NCBI RefSeq assembly: GCF_021869535.1
Contig: NW_026262745.1
Span: 47,306,001 to 47,370,000 of the forward strand
From: Mytilus californianus
Taxonomy: Eukaryota
Length of the DNA stretch: 64,000 nt
Direction of reading: 5' to 3'
Part shown: piece after piece, positions 36,912 to 47,725 of the stretch
How positions within the stretch are numbered: position 1 is the first letter of the stretch
How the letters are laid out: each line of letters opens with the position of its first letter
The notes under the pieces: generated by a model
What the model was told of the DNA's origin: nothing
The model's input: the letters and a program-made list of their open reading frames with translations, nothing else
Databases searched by the model: none
Program-made: the position numbers and the translations under genes

Positions 36912-37534
36912 AAACCTTTCTAAAATTGTCCGTTTATGAATTTTGAAATTATAAAGAAACTAAGGTGTCAACTCCCTCAGGCAAAGTTGACCTTAGATGA
37001 ATTTGGCTATTTGTTTTATGTAATTTTGTCATATAGCTCTTCAACTGTTTCGGTACTTATACATCCCTCGGATTTCAAATGATTGGCTTTGAGCGTTCCT
37101 GATGAAGGTAAATCCAGAAAAGCGCTTCGGACGCATGAAATTATTAAACGTGTTGTTTTCAATTTTTTACATCACTGGGTCGATACCTCTGCTGGTGGAC
37201 TATCAGTCCCCGAGGGTATCATCAGCTCAGTAGTCAGTACTTCGGTACTGACATGATTTATAACAAACCTTTCTAAAATTGTCGGTTTATAAATTATGAA
37301 ATTATTAAGAAACTAAGGTTTCAACTCCCTCAGGCAAAGTTGACCCTAGATGAATTTGGCTATTTGTTTTATGTATTTTAGTCATACAGCTCTTCAACTG
37401 TTTCGGTGTTTCGGTACTTATACATCCCTCGGATTTCAAATGTTTGGCTTTGAGCGTTCCTGATGAAGGTAAATCCAGAAAAGCGCTTCGAACGCAATGG
37501 CATGACATTATTTAACGTGTTGTTTTCAGTTTTT
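36912..37534 (+). mobile_element. Second retrozyme-like array, ~1.75 units, HHRs at 37093-37134 and 37454-37495
   Basis: Same unit as 28869-29836; HHR spacing 361 nt because of an 8-bp local duplication (TTTCGGTG). Confidence 0.85.
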
Positions 37535-40049
37535 AATATGAGATGAAATTAATACTATACAAATCTAACAAATAAGACGAAGACATGTTTCATCTCTAAT
37601 GTTTACATAAGAGATCCTAACTTTCAATGATCTTTGCATGTTGTTCTATTAAATATAAAATAACAGTTTTAAAAGAGATAACTGAAGAATATGACAGTAT
37701 TTATTTTACATAATTATTATATTAACTTACACATAAATCATATGGCATATTTATTTAATAACACAATCATCAATAAGTGAATTAGTACCCCATACATCAT
37801 ACAGCAAACGTTTTCATCAGTAATAGTAAAAGTTCATTAATTAGTTGATATTGAAATTAAAAGACCTTCAAACGAGAAGTGATGTGAAGATCCCCGAGCC
37901 CAGGTAGCCTTGCTTTTCTTCCTGTTTCTAAAACTCGTACAAATAAATTGTACTTTTTCCTAAAAAGTACATATATCGTGTATTTATATTATATTACCTT
38001 CTAGACATGACTGTCTTTGTCTAGATTAACCTTAAAAAACATGACATGATAACATGAATTATGCGTTTAGAAGCTAAAGATCTATAGACATAATCATCTT
38101 AAAATGTCTAGATATAGGACAGACATGCCATGGGAATTCATATTATGACCACAAAATATCCTTGAAGAGATTAAATAATAATCAAGATGAATGGCTGATG
38201 TATATATCTATAAAATGTGACGGAGTGTTTACAATTTTGAATGAAAACTGCGCAAAATAATATATGATACATGACTTTGGTCATACACACATATATTTAA
38301 GTGCTCTCGAACTAAACCATGTACATGTATGGGAAAAACCTTTTACATAAACACGATAAATGTATGCGATAATAAAATGTTGAGAATGATTGATATGTTA
38401 ATGATACATACAAAAAGTGGACAGCATAAAAGTACAATCCAACCATTAAAATGGAACGTACATGTACAAACAAAGGAAAACTACAACGAATAAGTCCGAC
38501 TGCGTACATGTTTCAAATTTGGTCCGGTTCATATAGTAAGTATTACTTGCGTTCACCCTTCCAAATTTGCCTATGTATACCGTATGCCGTAAAAATAAAA
38601 CATATAATATAAAAACGGCAATGTCCAGCTGCCAATTAACATGATAAAATGACCTCTAGAACAATAAAAAAAGACAGCACAGAATTTGTAAAAATGCTCA
38701 TATCGTGCTCATTACTTCAAAAATAAAGCTAAAGTGTAGCTACTGCTGATAGTTGAATACTGTCGCCCAAGAAGGGAAATCAGAAACCGCACTCCTAACA
38801 GGTTTTATACCTATGGATACCTATGGATCTTTAGAACGCTGGCACTGTTGTACCATTATATTCTGCTCTACTTCATCATCGTTGTATTCAATTGTACGTT
38901 TCTCACTTCCGGATAAAATTTCATATTCTGCTTCGAAATTATACATTAATGGTTGGTTGGCCCAACATTTATCTAATCTATTTTTCTAACTTCTTCAGGG
39001 AGGCTGTTCCATATGTCCACAACTCTATTGGCGAAAAAATACTTCCTTAGATCCAGACGACTTCGTTGTTTCATCAGTTTCATTGAGTGGCCTCTTGCAT
39101 GTCTAGTAAACCACTTGTTAATCTCTTGTCGTATAATCCTGTCAATAAATTGTAAACTTCTATCATGTCACCTCGTAAACGGCGGAAACGGAGGGTTAGA
39201 AGCTTGAGTTTTCGTCGGCGGTCTTCATATGGCAAGTCTCTCATTGTAGGCAACATTTTGGTCGCTCTCTTTTGCACATTCTCAATACTTGTAATGTCAG
39301 TCTCCTGTAAGGTGACCATATATACTGTTTGCATACTCCAAATTCGGTCTTACAAGTGTCTTTAAAAATAGTAACGTAAATGTTCGATTGTCTAGGTTGA
39401 CAAAGGAACGGCGAGTGAGGCGTACGATCTTATTTGCTTTATTAACTTGATTTTGAATATGATTTGCAAATGACAGATTCATGTCAATAGTTACTCCAAT
39501 ATCTTTTTCTGTTTCAACATTTTTAAGGATAGTGCGGCCGCCTTCATACTTTTTCATCGTGTAGTTTGGAGGTTCGTGTGTAGTATTCCTTCCGCTAATA
39601 GGTAAATTTTTACACTTTTCTGGGTGAAATTTCAAAAGCCAGGTTTTGCTCCTATCAAATAGGATATCAAGATCTTCCTGAATAAATTTCTGATCGCTCT
39701 GGTCGACTATTTCTCAAAATAATTTGGTATCGTCTGCAAAACAGAACACATCTGATATTACATTGTTTGGCAAGTCGTTGATGAATAAAACGAATAAAAT
39801 TGGTCCCAATACAGAGCCTTGTGGAATTCCACTGGTTACACTCCTCCAACTTGATCATGTTGATCGTGACCCATTGACCTGTACGCATTGTTGTCTATTA
39901 CTAAGGAAACGTCTTATCCAGTTTGTAGTTTGCTCACTGATACCACAATGCTGAATCTTGTGAATCAGTCTCATATGTGGCACCTTGTCAAAAGCTTTCA
40001 TGAAGTCCATATAAATCGAGTGTAATATACCTCCTTTATCAAGTACCTT

Positions 40050-40565
40050 TTTGGAAGTTATGGTCCTCGGTGCTCTTCGGCTTTGTACTTGTTTTGGCTT
40101 TCAAGCTTTTTTCATCTGAGCGTCACTGGATGGTCTTATGTGGACGAGACGCACGTCTGGCGTATTGAATTTTAAGCCTAGTACCTTTTGTTAGCTATTA
40201 TTCGTGTGTTTCTTTGTCCTATATGTTCTCCCATTTATTTGTATTGTGGTCCTGTCATGTGATGTTCTCGTTTTGGTGTTGTGTTTGACGTTGCCATTAA
40301 AGCGGGAGGTTTGGCATGCCACAAAACCAGGTTCAACCCACCATTTTTTTCTTAAAATGTCCTGAACCAAGTCAGGAAAATGGCCATTGTTATATTATAG
40401 TTCGTTTCTGTGTGTGTTACATTTTTAATGTTGTGTTTTTGTTGTGTCGTTGTTCTTCTCTTATATTTGATGCGTTTCCCTCAGTTTTAGCTTGTGACCA
40501 GGATTTGTTTTTATCTCTATCGATTTGTGAGTTTCGAATAGCGGTATACTACTGTTGCCTTTATT
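40050..40565 (+). mobile_element. ~516-bp composite insertion splitting the LINE RT
   Basis: The LINE reads ...LDKWT | KVLDKGG... across it; inserted in a T run; contains a degenerate family B HHR and an abundant repeat ending GGTATACTACTGTTGCCTTTATTT. Confidence 0.8.
40120..40163 (+). ncRNA. Degenerate hammerhead (family B)
   Basis: GCGTCA-CTGGATG-GTC(ttatgtg)GAC-GAGA-CGCACG-TC-TGGCGT: stems kept, both core boxes mutated. Confidence 0.6.
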
Positions 40566-42360
40566 TGTCCACTTGTCTAGGACTTTCAGCAAGTGAAGTG
40601 AAGTTGATCTACCACCCATAAAGCCAAATTGTTGGTTGCTGAACAAATTATGTCTGTCCATGTGTTCAATAATTCGATTTCGGATAAGTTTCTCCATAAT
40701 TTTACATAGGATGCTTGTGAGACTAACTGGACGGTAGTTTGAAGCTGATTACTTATCGCCCTTCTTAAATAAAGCAGTTATTATAGCAATCTTCCAATCC
40801 TCGGCTACGTCCCCCTTTTCAAATGAACTGTTGAAAATCATGCATATAGGTTAAACTTTATCTACAACAGAGGCTTATTCAAATAGTAGTTTTGGATGGA
40901 CTCTATTTGGACCTGGTGATTTGGTTATATTCAAATTTAGCAACAATTTTCGGACTTCTTCTTTAGTAAATAAATCATCACTTCACTGCTGGCTATAATC
41001 TACATGTTCCATTACTGGCATATTTTTATCATTTTTCATTAGTGAACACACTGCTAAAAAAATCAGGAAGAACTTCTGCTTTATCTGAGTCACTGCTTGC
41101 CACTTTCACTGTATTATTTTGTGTTTTATGTAGTTCTGATACACCAGATTTGGATTTTCTATAGCGTTAACTTATTTCCAAAAGTTTTTACTATTTGTTT
41201 TCGCTGTTTCTGCAACTTCTCTTTCCTTGTCTTTTCTCTCTTTTCTTGTTATTTTTTTTAACCTTGTTTCTTGCCTTGCAAAATTCCCTATAACTCTCTT
41301 CATTCTTTTTTTCCATGTATCGTTCCCAACTTCTATGCTTACGTCTAACACTGCTCAGAGTCTTTTTGCTAAGTGTTGTAGTATCTTTTGAATTTTTTGG
41401 TCGGCTCTTTGGTACATGCTTACTCACAGCCTGGTTGAACCTGTCCATAAAAGCTTTGAGCATATCATTTGTATTTTTATGTTCTAGTTCTTTTTCCCAA
41501 TCTATATTTAGTTCATGTCGCATAGCATCATAGTCTGCTTTATAGTAATTTAATCCCTCTACAGCACATTCTGTGTATTTAAAGTAACACAAATAATCAA
41601 ATTTTAAAACGCAATGAGCACTAGCTCCTAACGGGTCCAGGTGTTCAATATTTGCTACATTGTTATGATCATTTACAATGATCAAATCAGGTATGGAAGG
41701 CTCTTGGTTGATCCTAATTCTGGTTGGCTTAGCTACCATCTGCTGTTAAAAGTTCTCTCTAAGACATTCTATAAATTCTGTACTTGTTTCATTCTTAGCA
41801 GTCCAGTTCTCCCAATCTATATCTGGAAAATTGAAATCCCCATTTATCAAAATATGAGTGAAATTATGACCAAGGTTACTTGCTTTGTTCATTAAATCAT
41901 TTAAAGCCTTGTGCTTACTTTCATCTGATGAAGCTCTTTATATATACATCCATATAATAAATTGTCATGTACTAATAATGGAATCTTAATCCATACACTT
42001 TCTTCAAAATCAGAGTCAATATCCACCTCTGTTGCATTGATATAATTTTTTATATAGACTATATTCCTCTCTTTGCCTTGCTAGGAAAACTGCTTGGAAA
42101 TAAATCATATTCATTTAAATTTAATTCTGCCTTTGTTAAAATATATCTCATATTCTTTGGAACGACCTCTGTAAGAGCTATAATGTCTGGTGTCTTAGCA
42201 TCACATAAGAACCTGGTTTTAAACTCGTCAAGCTTATTCATAAAGCTATCTGCATTTGTGTATATACAACATAAACCCTGGTGATTAAAATCATTAATCA
42301 ACTTAACTGAACAAGAACTTTGAACGTGTAACGCATTTACAGGTTTATGTACATTTCTAT

Positions 42361-43335
42361 TTAAGTCATAATTCTCTGCACTTTTACAACTCGCTTTTCC
42401 CACGGTGGCCCTCTTACAATGTACTTGAATTTCCCCAAATAATTTTTGTCATTTAAATCCTTTGCTTCCTGTAGTTTCAATTTTTTACCTTCCTTCTCTG
42501 ACTTTGACATGTCCTGTGTTATACTTAATTTCTTTAGAGGGTCTGATTCCTCAAGTGATTTTAATTTTGATAGTTTTTTCAACAGTTCTTGTTTTGCTTT
42601 TGCATCTTTTAAGATGACCCTTATCGGTCTAGGTTTTAAATCGTTTTGTGTGTCAATTGAATCACTATTTGCTTCTTCTTTTCTACGGCGACCTAACCTT
42701 GTCACTTTTTTAACGCTATTATTATCAGAATCAAGAAAATCAAAAAGACTATTTACAAAGTTTGTGTCTTCAACCTGTCTATCTTTACCTTCATCTGTTT
42801 CTGATTCTGCTGCACCAAATATGATTATATTCTTTTTGCGCAGTGCACTATCTCTTAAATCTGAAACTCTCGGATTTACAGACTCAACCACTTTAGCTGC
42901 AGCCTCATTTGTGTGCGTATTACTAGCTCGTTCCTGTATCAGATCCTTGACCTTGGATTCATCAACTTTATTTTTAATTTGTTCCTCAAACTTTGACACC
43001 CTGCCCTCCATAGCCTCTAGGAATTTTGCACACCTAGCCTCAACTTCATTATCTGTCCTCAAATTTGTCATAAGTTTCGTCTCGCATGTGGCACAAAACC
43101 AATGCAGGGCTGGTGATTTAAAATGCCCATAATCATCATCTGAGAGTTTCAAATATCGATTGCAATAATAAAAAGTACAGTACTCACATTGCACAATCTT
43201 TTCATCTTCCCCTTTGAATACCTTCTGACATGACTTACAAGACCAGCCTTCCTTCATATCTTTTCCTTTATCCTTGTTATCCTTTCGAATTGATGAACTA
43301 GAAGTTATAGAGCTTCTTGTTGCCGATCCCGGCAT
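42361..43335 (-). CDS. LINE ORF1 protein (PHD-like Zn finger, coiled coil, RRM-like region), 324 aa, open
   Basis: CKSC...CEYC..YYC...WFCATC; RKKNIIIFG; RLG; PRPIRV; GPPW motifs typical of CR1/L2 ORF1p. Confidence 0.8.
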   Translation of the reverse strand: MPGSATRSSITSSSSIRKDNKDKGKDMKEGWSCKSCQKVFKGEDEKIVQCEYCTFYYCNRYLKLSDDDYGHFKSPALHWFCATCETKLMTNLRTDNEVEARCAKFLEAMEGRVSKFEEQIKNKVDESKVKDLIQERASNTHTNEAAAKVVESVNPRVSDLRDSALRKKNIIIFGAAESETDEGKDRQVEDTNFVNSLFDFLDSDNNSVKKVTRLGRRRKEEANSDSIDTQNDLKPRPIRVILKDAKAKQELLKKLSKLKSLEESDPLKKLSITQDMSKSEKEGKKLKLQEAKDLNDKNYLGKFKYIVRGPPWEKRVVKVQRIMT

Positions 43336-43807
43336 TTTTTACAAAAAACAAAATGGCGGATTTGTTTACACGCGACAAATAAAGTCAATTCCAACGTAAA
43401 TCTATTTTGTCAGCACAACGTATGCATGTAAATTGATAGTAAGTAATGTTTGACACCGTTTAACCACAGTTTTAGACTCACGGCTGATTTTAAACACTTC
43501 AAAATTTGTAAAAATTTACGCTCTGGACCAACCACACTACTTCATTAAGCGCCACCGGATGAAGTGTCAAGAAATTGAAATTTGTTACATCAGTGAGGGG
43601 TATCTAATTTTAATTTATTTTTTTTAAATTCAGTACATTGTGTGGTATTTTGTTTATTACTATTAAATAAAAGATTCACATCTTCAATTTATAACTTGTT
43701 TTCGCATTATTAGTAATCTCGATAATATACTTTTTACATATAACAAAAGCAGTATGACAATATTTGGTAAGAAAAAAAAATGATGCACATGAGATATGAT
43801 ATCCATG

Positions 43808-43912
43808 ATAGACTTTATGGGAATACAGATATTGAAAAAAAATAGACTTGATGGGAACACAGATATTGAAAAAAAAAATAGACTTTATGGGAACACAGAT
43901 ATTGAAAAAAAT
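43808..43912. repeat. ~35-bp minisatellite, 3 copies
   Basis: ATAGACTT.ATGGGAA.ACAGATATTG(A)n repeated three times. Confidence 0.85.
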
Positions 43913-43963
43913 AACTTAAAATACATCACTAACTGAAAAATATAGATGTCACCACTGCAACAA

Positions 43964-44084
43964 GTGTGTTACGATATTTCTCCACTCGAAACAGTTACAT
44001 TTTAATATTTAAAGCGCGAGGCTTGCCGAGCTTTTTAGGTACTTTAAATTTAACTGTTGAGAGTGGAGAAATATCGTAATACAC
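43964..44084. mobile_element. Hairpin of a MITE-like element
   Basis: GTGTTACGATATTTCTCCACTCGAAACAGTTA and TAACTGTTGAGAGTGGAGAAATATCGTAATACAC form inverted arms. Confidence 0.65.
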
Positions 44085-44661
44085 GAGTTATAGTCACTGT
44101 GGTAGAATCTGTTTCTCTAATGATTCTTATCCTTCCTTTTCAAAGATTTGCAGAAAGTTGTGTTCTGTATATGTGACGTCATCAGGCATTGTTGCCTTTT
44201 TCCATGACGTCACAATAGGAAAATTCAGAAGAAACCAAGAAAATTTGACGTCATAATTAAATTTCCACCAATCATTTGCCGAGAACAAATTTTTCACTAG
44301 TGAGGAGAAATATTTTTCTCACACCGGTCAAGAAATGTGAAAATATCACAAAAATTAGAGAAAGCACACTACGAACCTCTTTGACAAATGGGCGAACCAA
44401 ATTGAGGTATCATGTCAAGTTTATTCTCTACTTATAGCATTCGTCGTAATGCATATGGAGAGTACACATTCGATGTTAAATCGCATTAGTTGATGTGAAA
44501 ATTTTAAGATATTTATCCTGCAGTTGGGTGTCTTTTCATATGCATACATTAACAGACCAACATATATCGCTAGCCTTCATTTGTATACTATACAGATATC
44601 GCTTTAAACATGTTAAAGCTCTGCCCACTGCAGAACTAATTTTGTGTATTGCTGTTGACAT

Positions 44662-44893
44662 AGGGGTAGGCTAGGTTGAAAATTTGTCCTGCAATTTCTT
44701 TAGCTGTAATCTCTGTCCTACCTTTTTATTAGTTTATCCTGACTTTTTTTTACATAAATTGTCAGCCTTTTTTTTTTTTGCAAAGTTGCTCATCCCGCCT
44801 TTTTGTTTTACTAAAAACTCCTGTCCTGCCTTTTTTTCAAATTTCATTCTAGCAACCCCACCCCCTATCAAAATGAAATGGTAGCACCCTAAG
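44662..44893 (+). mobile_element. Partial copy of the PIF/Harbinger-like MITE family seen at 52630
   Basis: Ends CCCCCTATCAAAATGAAATGGTAGCACCC-TAA; internal TCCTG/A-tract pattern shared; left TIR missing. Confidence 0.6.
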
Positions 44894-46509
44894 GACTTTT
44901 CACGTGCTAAAGCTGCATCACATGGGGCCTTTCGTGGTTGCCCAATTTGTGAAAATTTAATCTCACTTCGTACCCCGAAAATTTAACTACATGTGTGAAA
45001 ATGTCTCAGTTTCGAAACGAGCAATCATACATATCCAACTTTTATGATATGGACAGAAGAATGGAAGAAAATGCTACCATTGTCGCCTATGTGAAATGAA
45101 TAACGCATCTTGACCCAAATATTTAAACAGTCAACAAGTATGACTAAATACCAGTTAGTGGGAAATAATAATGATTTGTAACCTTTTAACACATGCATTT
45201 TCGATCGCATTCCGTACAACATTAACGAGTAGTTTGATAGTACACTTTCCCGGAAATCTCTAATAGAAAACAAAACCTCTCTATGACCTAGTTATTAGCT
45301 ATATAGCTTTTTTTTATTTTGATCTTCGATGGCAGCTATTGATTTTTTTTTGTATGTAATGTTGTTTCTGATATACTACACCAGTCGGAATGCAAAATCA
45401 AATCATAATGAACATTAATTTTCTAGCTTTTACTTGCGTTAATTAAGCTCCTTGTAATTTCTAGTAAATAATTATAGGTTCCGGGCTTAAGGAATAATTA
45501 CTTAAGAAAAAATAAAGTTCAAAGGCAATTAGAGCTATACATGCGAGTACGATATTATGTTCTTTGCTTTAATTTCCCGCTATGGCCATACATGCCTTAT
45601 TTTGAAACTATTGCATTTTATGTAGTGGCAGTCAGCGAATAACAATATTTAGATTATATTTATTTTAATTTTTAGTAGTTATAAGTCTGAGGTGAAACCC
45701 CGAAAATGTAATGAATAATAAAATATACTCTCGACTTTAAACATGTTAAATGATTTTTGTAAAAACCACACAGCAGTATTATTTTAAACCTAATAATTTC
45801 GTCGTGATGCATTTCTTATTTTTCTAACTGTTGGGAAATTGAAGATGATTTAGAAGTTTGAAAACGCAATATCATAAATAATTGACGGAGACATAACAAG
45901 TTATAGGAATCGAATTTACGTACATGAAGAGTGACGCTTTGTTCAGTTGTTTTTTTTTAATAGACAATCAGCTTAGATGTATAGACAAATAAAGCATCCC
46001 CTTTTCTGGAGATAGAACATTTCACTACAAACAAAGTTGTTTTAGAATTTATACCTATATGTATCTATTGGAGATGGATTTTTTAACTGTGTTATATCTC
46101 CAATTCTGTACAGTACTGCTGGGTTTGCTAAGAATTGACCATAGATTGAGTAAAAACCATACATACAATTTAAGCATAGTACTACTAAGATAATTTAATT
46201 TTTTTGATAACAATTACTTTACAGCAAAAATACATGAAACATAGTGGAGATATAAAACTATAAAATTTTTCTCTGAGCTAACTAAATGAATAAGTTATTA
46301 TAATCCAATGGAAGGTTGGAGATAGAACAGTGTAGTTCTGACATAAACTCATAGTGAAGAAAACTCATATTATAGCGGTATAGGGAGATAACACATTGGC
46401 CTACATCCTCTTATTTTTATATAACACTGTGAGAATCATACGACGCTATGTTAGTCAACTGATTGATAATAGAAGGGTGGCCGAGATAATGAAAAAAAGA
46501 TATGATTAA

Positions 46510-46800
46510 AAAAGGCAACAGTAGTATACCGGTGTTCAAAAGTCATAAATCGATTGAGATAAAACAAATCCGGGTTACAAACCAAGACCCAGAGAAACAC
46601 ATCAACTAAAAGAGGAAAACAAATGAACAACAGGAACACTGAAGGGCAACAAAAAAAAAAACCGCCAACACACAAAGAAACGAACTATTTGATAACAACT
46701 GACTTGGTACAGGACATTTTGAGAAAAAATGGTGGGTTGAACCTGGTTTCATGGCATGCCAAACCTCCAGCTTTATGAAAATGTTAAAAAATATCGCTAA
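46510..46800. repeat. Abundant dispersed repeat (AAAGGCAACAGTAGTATACC family)
   Basis: Reverse complement of ~40290-40565; another partial copy at ~61093-61198. Confidence 0.8.
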
Positions 46801-47283
46801 AACACTACGTGACAGAAATACAGCACAAAAACACGCAAGAACATTCATAACAGAGAAACGCACAAACAAATAATATAATAGTCGACACAACATGCAAACC
46901 ACAGAACAACAACGAACATATTCCATCAAATAAATATACCATAGGATATCAAAAACAATGATGCGCTTACGTAACTAACATGCAATCTCGAACATTATAC
47001 AATTATTTTCACAATATTCGTCCAAACAATTAACATGCCAATGATGGTATGGAAAGGCAATTTTATAAATATTTGGACTACAAACGATAAGACATAACAG
47101 ATTATCCAACCGAAACCATAACAGAAACTTCAAAATAAATTCATTAATGTTGGATGTACAAAATACCGAGACACGTCGTATAGCAATGTAAATTCACTCT
47201 CGGTATAACAGTCATATTCTGGAATAGGACTAAGTTCACGTTCGGTACTTAGCAGACAGACGAAATAGATGTTAAACCACAAT

Positions 47284-47725
47284 CTAAGACGTGGTAAAAA
47301 TGTCATTAGTTAGTTTAGACACAGACACATCGTATAGATCAACCAATTCGTGATGGTGTCCATAAAATTTCCGGAGTGTCATTTTTAATCTTTCCTCCTT
47401 ATTACTCTGTTGGAGCAGTTTCTGCGTAAGGAGCACACTCCTGTATATGAAGTCAGTATAGTGTGAACATGCACGAGCATAACGTATCAATTGAAATATG
47501 TACACACCATACGGCAGAGCAGATGGTATGTTACTGCAGAAAAATGGGAAATTGATATTTGGGAAGTTGAAACCATCCCGTTTGTCATAGACTTTAGTGT
47601 GAAGTCGTCAATCTGTGTAAATATTGAGGAAAAGATCAAGGTATGAAGCAGTCCTTCTAGTATCAGTAGTATCCTTAATTTTAAGTTCACTGGGATATAT
47701 GAGATGCAAGTACTGACTGAAATAT
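47284..47725 (-). pseudogene. Second Naiad-type PLE RT C-terminal fragment (different family)
   Basis: IYPSELKIKDTTDTRRTASYLDL...KVYDKRDGFNF..INFPF..SNIP...YGVYIFQLIRYARAC...KFYGHHHEL; one internal TGA at a Gly-like position. Confidence 0.8.

Larger units (their letters stand above)
30148..37832. repeat. Tandem segmental duplication, copy 2 (~7.7 kb)
   Basis: Colinear with 22022-30148 with scattered substitutions, one fewer 353-nt unit and an 80-bp deletion; ends AGTAAAAG at 37832. Confidence 0.92.
38821..42290 (-). pseudogene. LINE ORF2 (APE endonuclease plus RT), frameshifted and interrupted
   Basis: [70 protein letters not shown]. Confidence 0.88.
38805..43560 (-). mobile_element. Near-full-length CR1-clade LINE retrotransposon (inactive)
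   Basis: PHD-type ORF1, APE endonuclease, RT and a short ATAGGTATCC-repeat 3' tail in the correct order; the 5' end is approximate. Confidence 0.88.

Noticed and set aside
42446-43132. 228-aa plus-strand ORF
   Set aside because: Antisense shadow of LINE ORF1; Ser/Phe/Leu-rich with no domain.
47608-47612. In-frame TGA in the second Naiad RT fragment as another Sec codon
   Set aside because: It falls at a Gly-like position (TD*RLHTK; GGA to TGA is one change). The ATGA-containing hairpin in its 3' UTR lacks the apical AA and 3' GA. It also shows that TGA can arise by simple decay, a caveat for the main finding.
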